From positions 156,675-220,674 of the forward strand of contig JAXLWU010000005.1 of the NCBI GenBank assembly GCA_046328335.1: DNA of 64,000 nt, given 5' to 3'. The DNA comes from Thermomicrobiales bacterium. GTDB lineage: Bacteria; Chloroflexota; Chloroflexia; Thermomicrobiales; UBA6265. Positions 63,846-64,000 of the stretch are shown here, one piece after another (within the stretch, counting starts at the first letter, position 1; every line of letters starts with the position of its first letter). Made by a program: the position numbers and the translations under genes. Under the pieces are notes generated by a model. The model saw only the letters and a list, made by a program, of their open reading frames with translations. It was not told where the DNA came from and ran no database searches.

Positions 63846-64000
63846 ATGCCCGATTCCGATGAGGACACGCGTTCAACTGGTGACGGTCTCCAAGTGGCGC
63901 TAGTCGGTTCCGAAGGAAGAAGCATACCGGTCGTTCCCGGTGTCGCATCGGAGTCCGCGGCGACGGGCCGGCGCGATGCGGTGCGCTCCCTGGGAGCGAT
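63846..64000 (+). CDS. Possible 5' end of a gene running off the right edge
   Basis: ATG at 63846 lies downstream of TTGACA-16 nt-GATAAT (about 63739..63766). Translation MPDSDEDTRSTGDGLQVALVGSEGRS...GRRDAVRSLGA is too short to classify. Confidence 0.3.
   Translation, partial: MPDSDEDTRSTGDGLQVALVGSEGRSIPVVPGVASESAATGRRDAVRSLGA

Overview
This is a visibly high-GC bacterial chromosomal window. Its intergenic palindromic repeat families resemble those I associate with Chloroflexota/Thermomicrobia-type genomes, but that taxonomic guess is low confidence.

Housekeeping and metabolic genes are well supported: a sugar ABC transporter with its GntR regulator and PfkB kinase, M20 and M42 peptidases, an OmpR/histidine-kinase pair, a homocysteine methyltransferase/MTHFR fusion, prfB with its programmed +1 frameshift, a sulfatase, a PQQ dehydrogenase-cupredoxin fusion, and pdhABC.

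These are interleaved with low-GC accessory islets carrying AbiEi/AbiEii, Xre-RES, HicAB and an orphan XRE antitoxin.

Five things stand out:
1. Six paralogous genes encode secreted proteins with the same layout: an FD-motif N-terminus, a twin-arginine signal, a basic linker and a Cys-rich domain. One is translationally coupled to a thioredoxin-fold oxidoreductase next to two glycosyltransferases. Two others diverge from a STAND/LuxR regulator.
2. Two NYN-domain genes are each preceded by the same promoter, hairpin and terminator-hairpin leader, and the stems show compensatory changes between copies.
3. A degenerate type I-C-like CRISPR remnant has its first two repeats bracketing an 807-nt insert that contains a complete secreted-protein gene.
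4. A 4.7-kb block (47.6-52.3 kb) contains at least five, probably six, consecutive genes, each broken by frameshifts. Isolated frameshifts also occur in treZ, a DUF892 gene and the Xre antitoxin.
5. Several MITE/REP-like repeat families sit in intergenic and intra-operon spacers.

No rRNA, tRNA, transposase, integrase or cas gene was recognised. All calls come from reading the translations and the sequence by eye. No database search was run. Start codons and frameshift positions are approximate.
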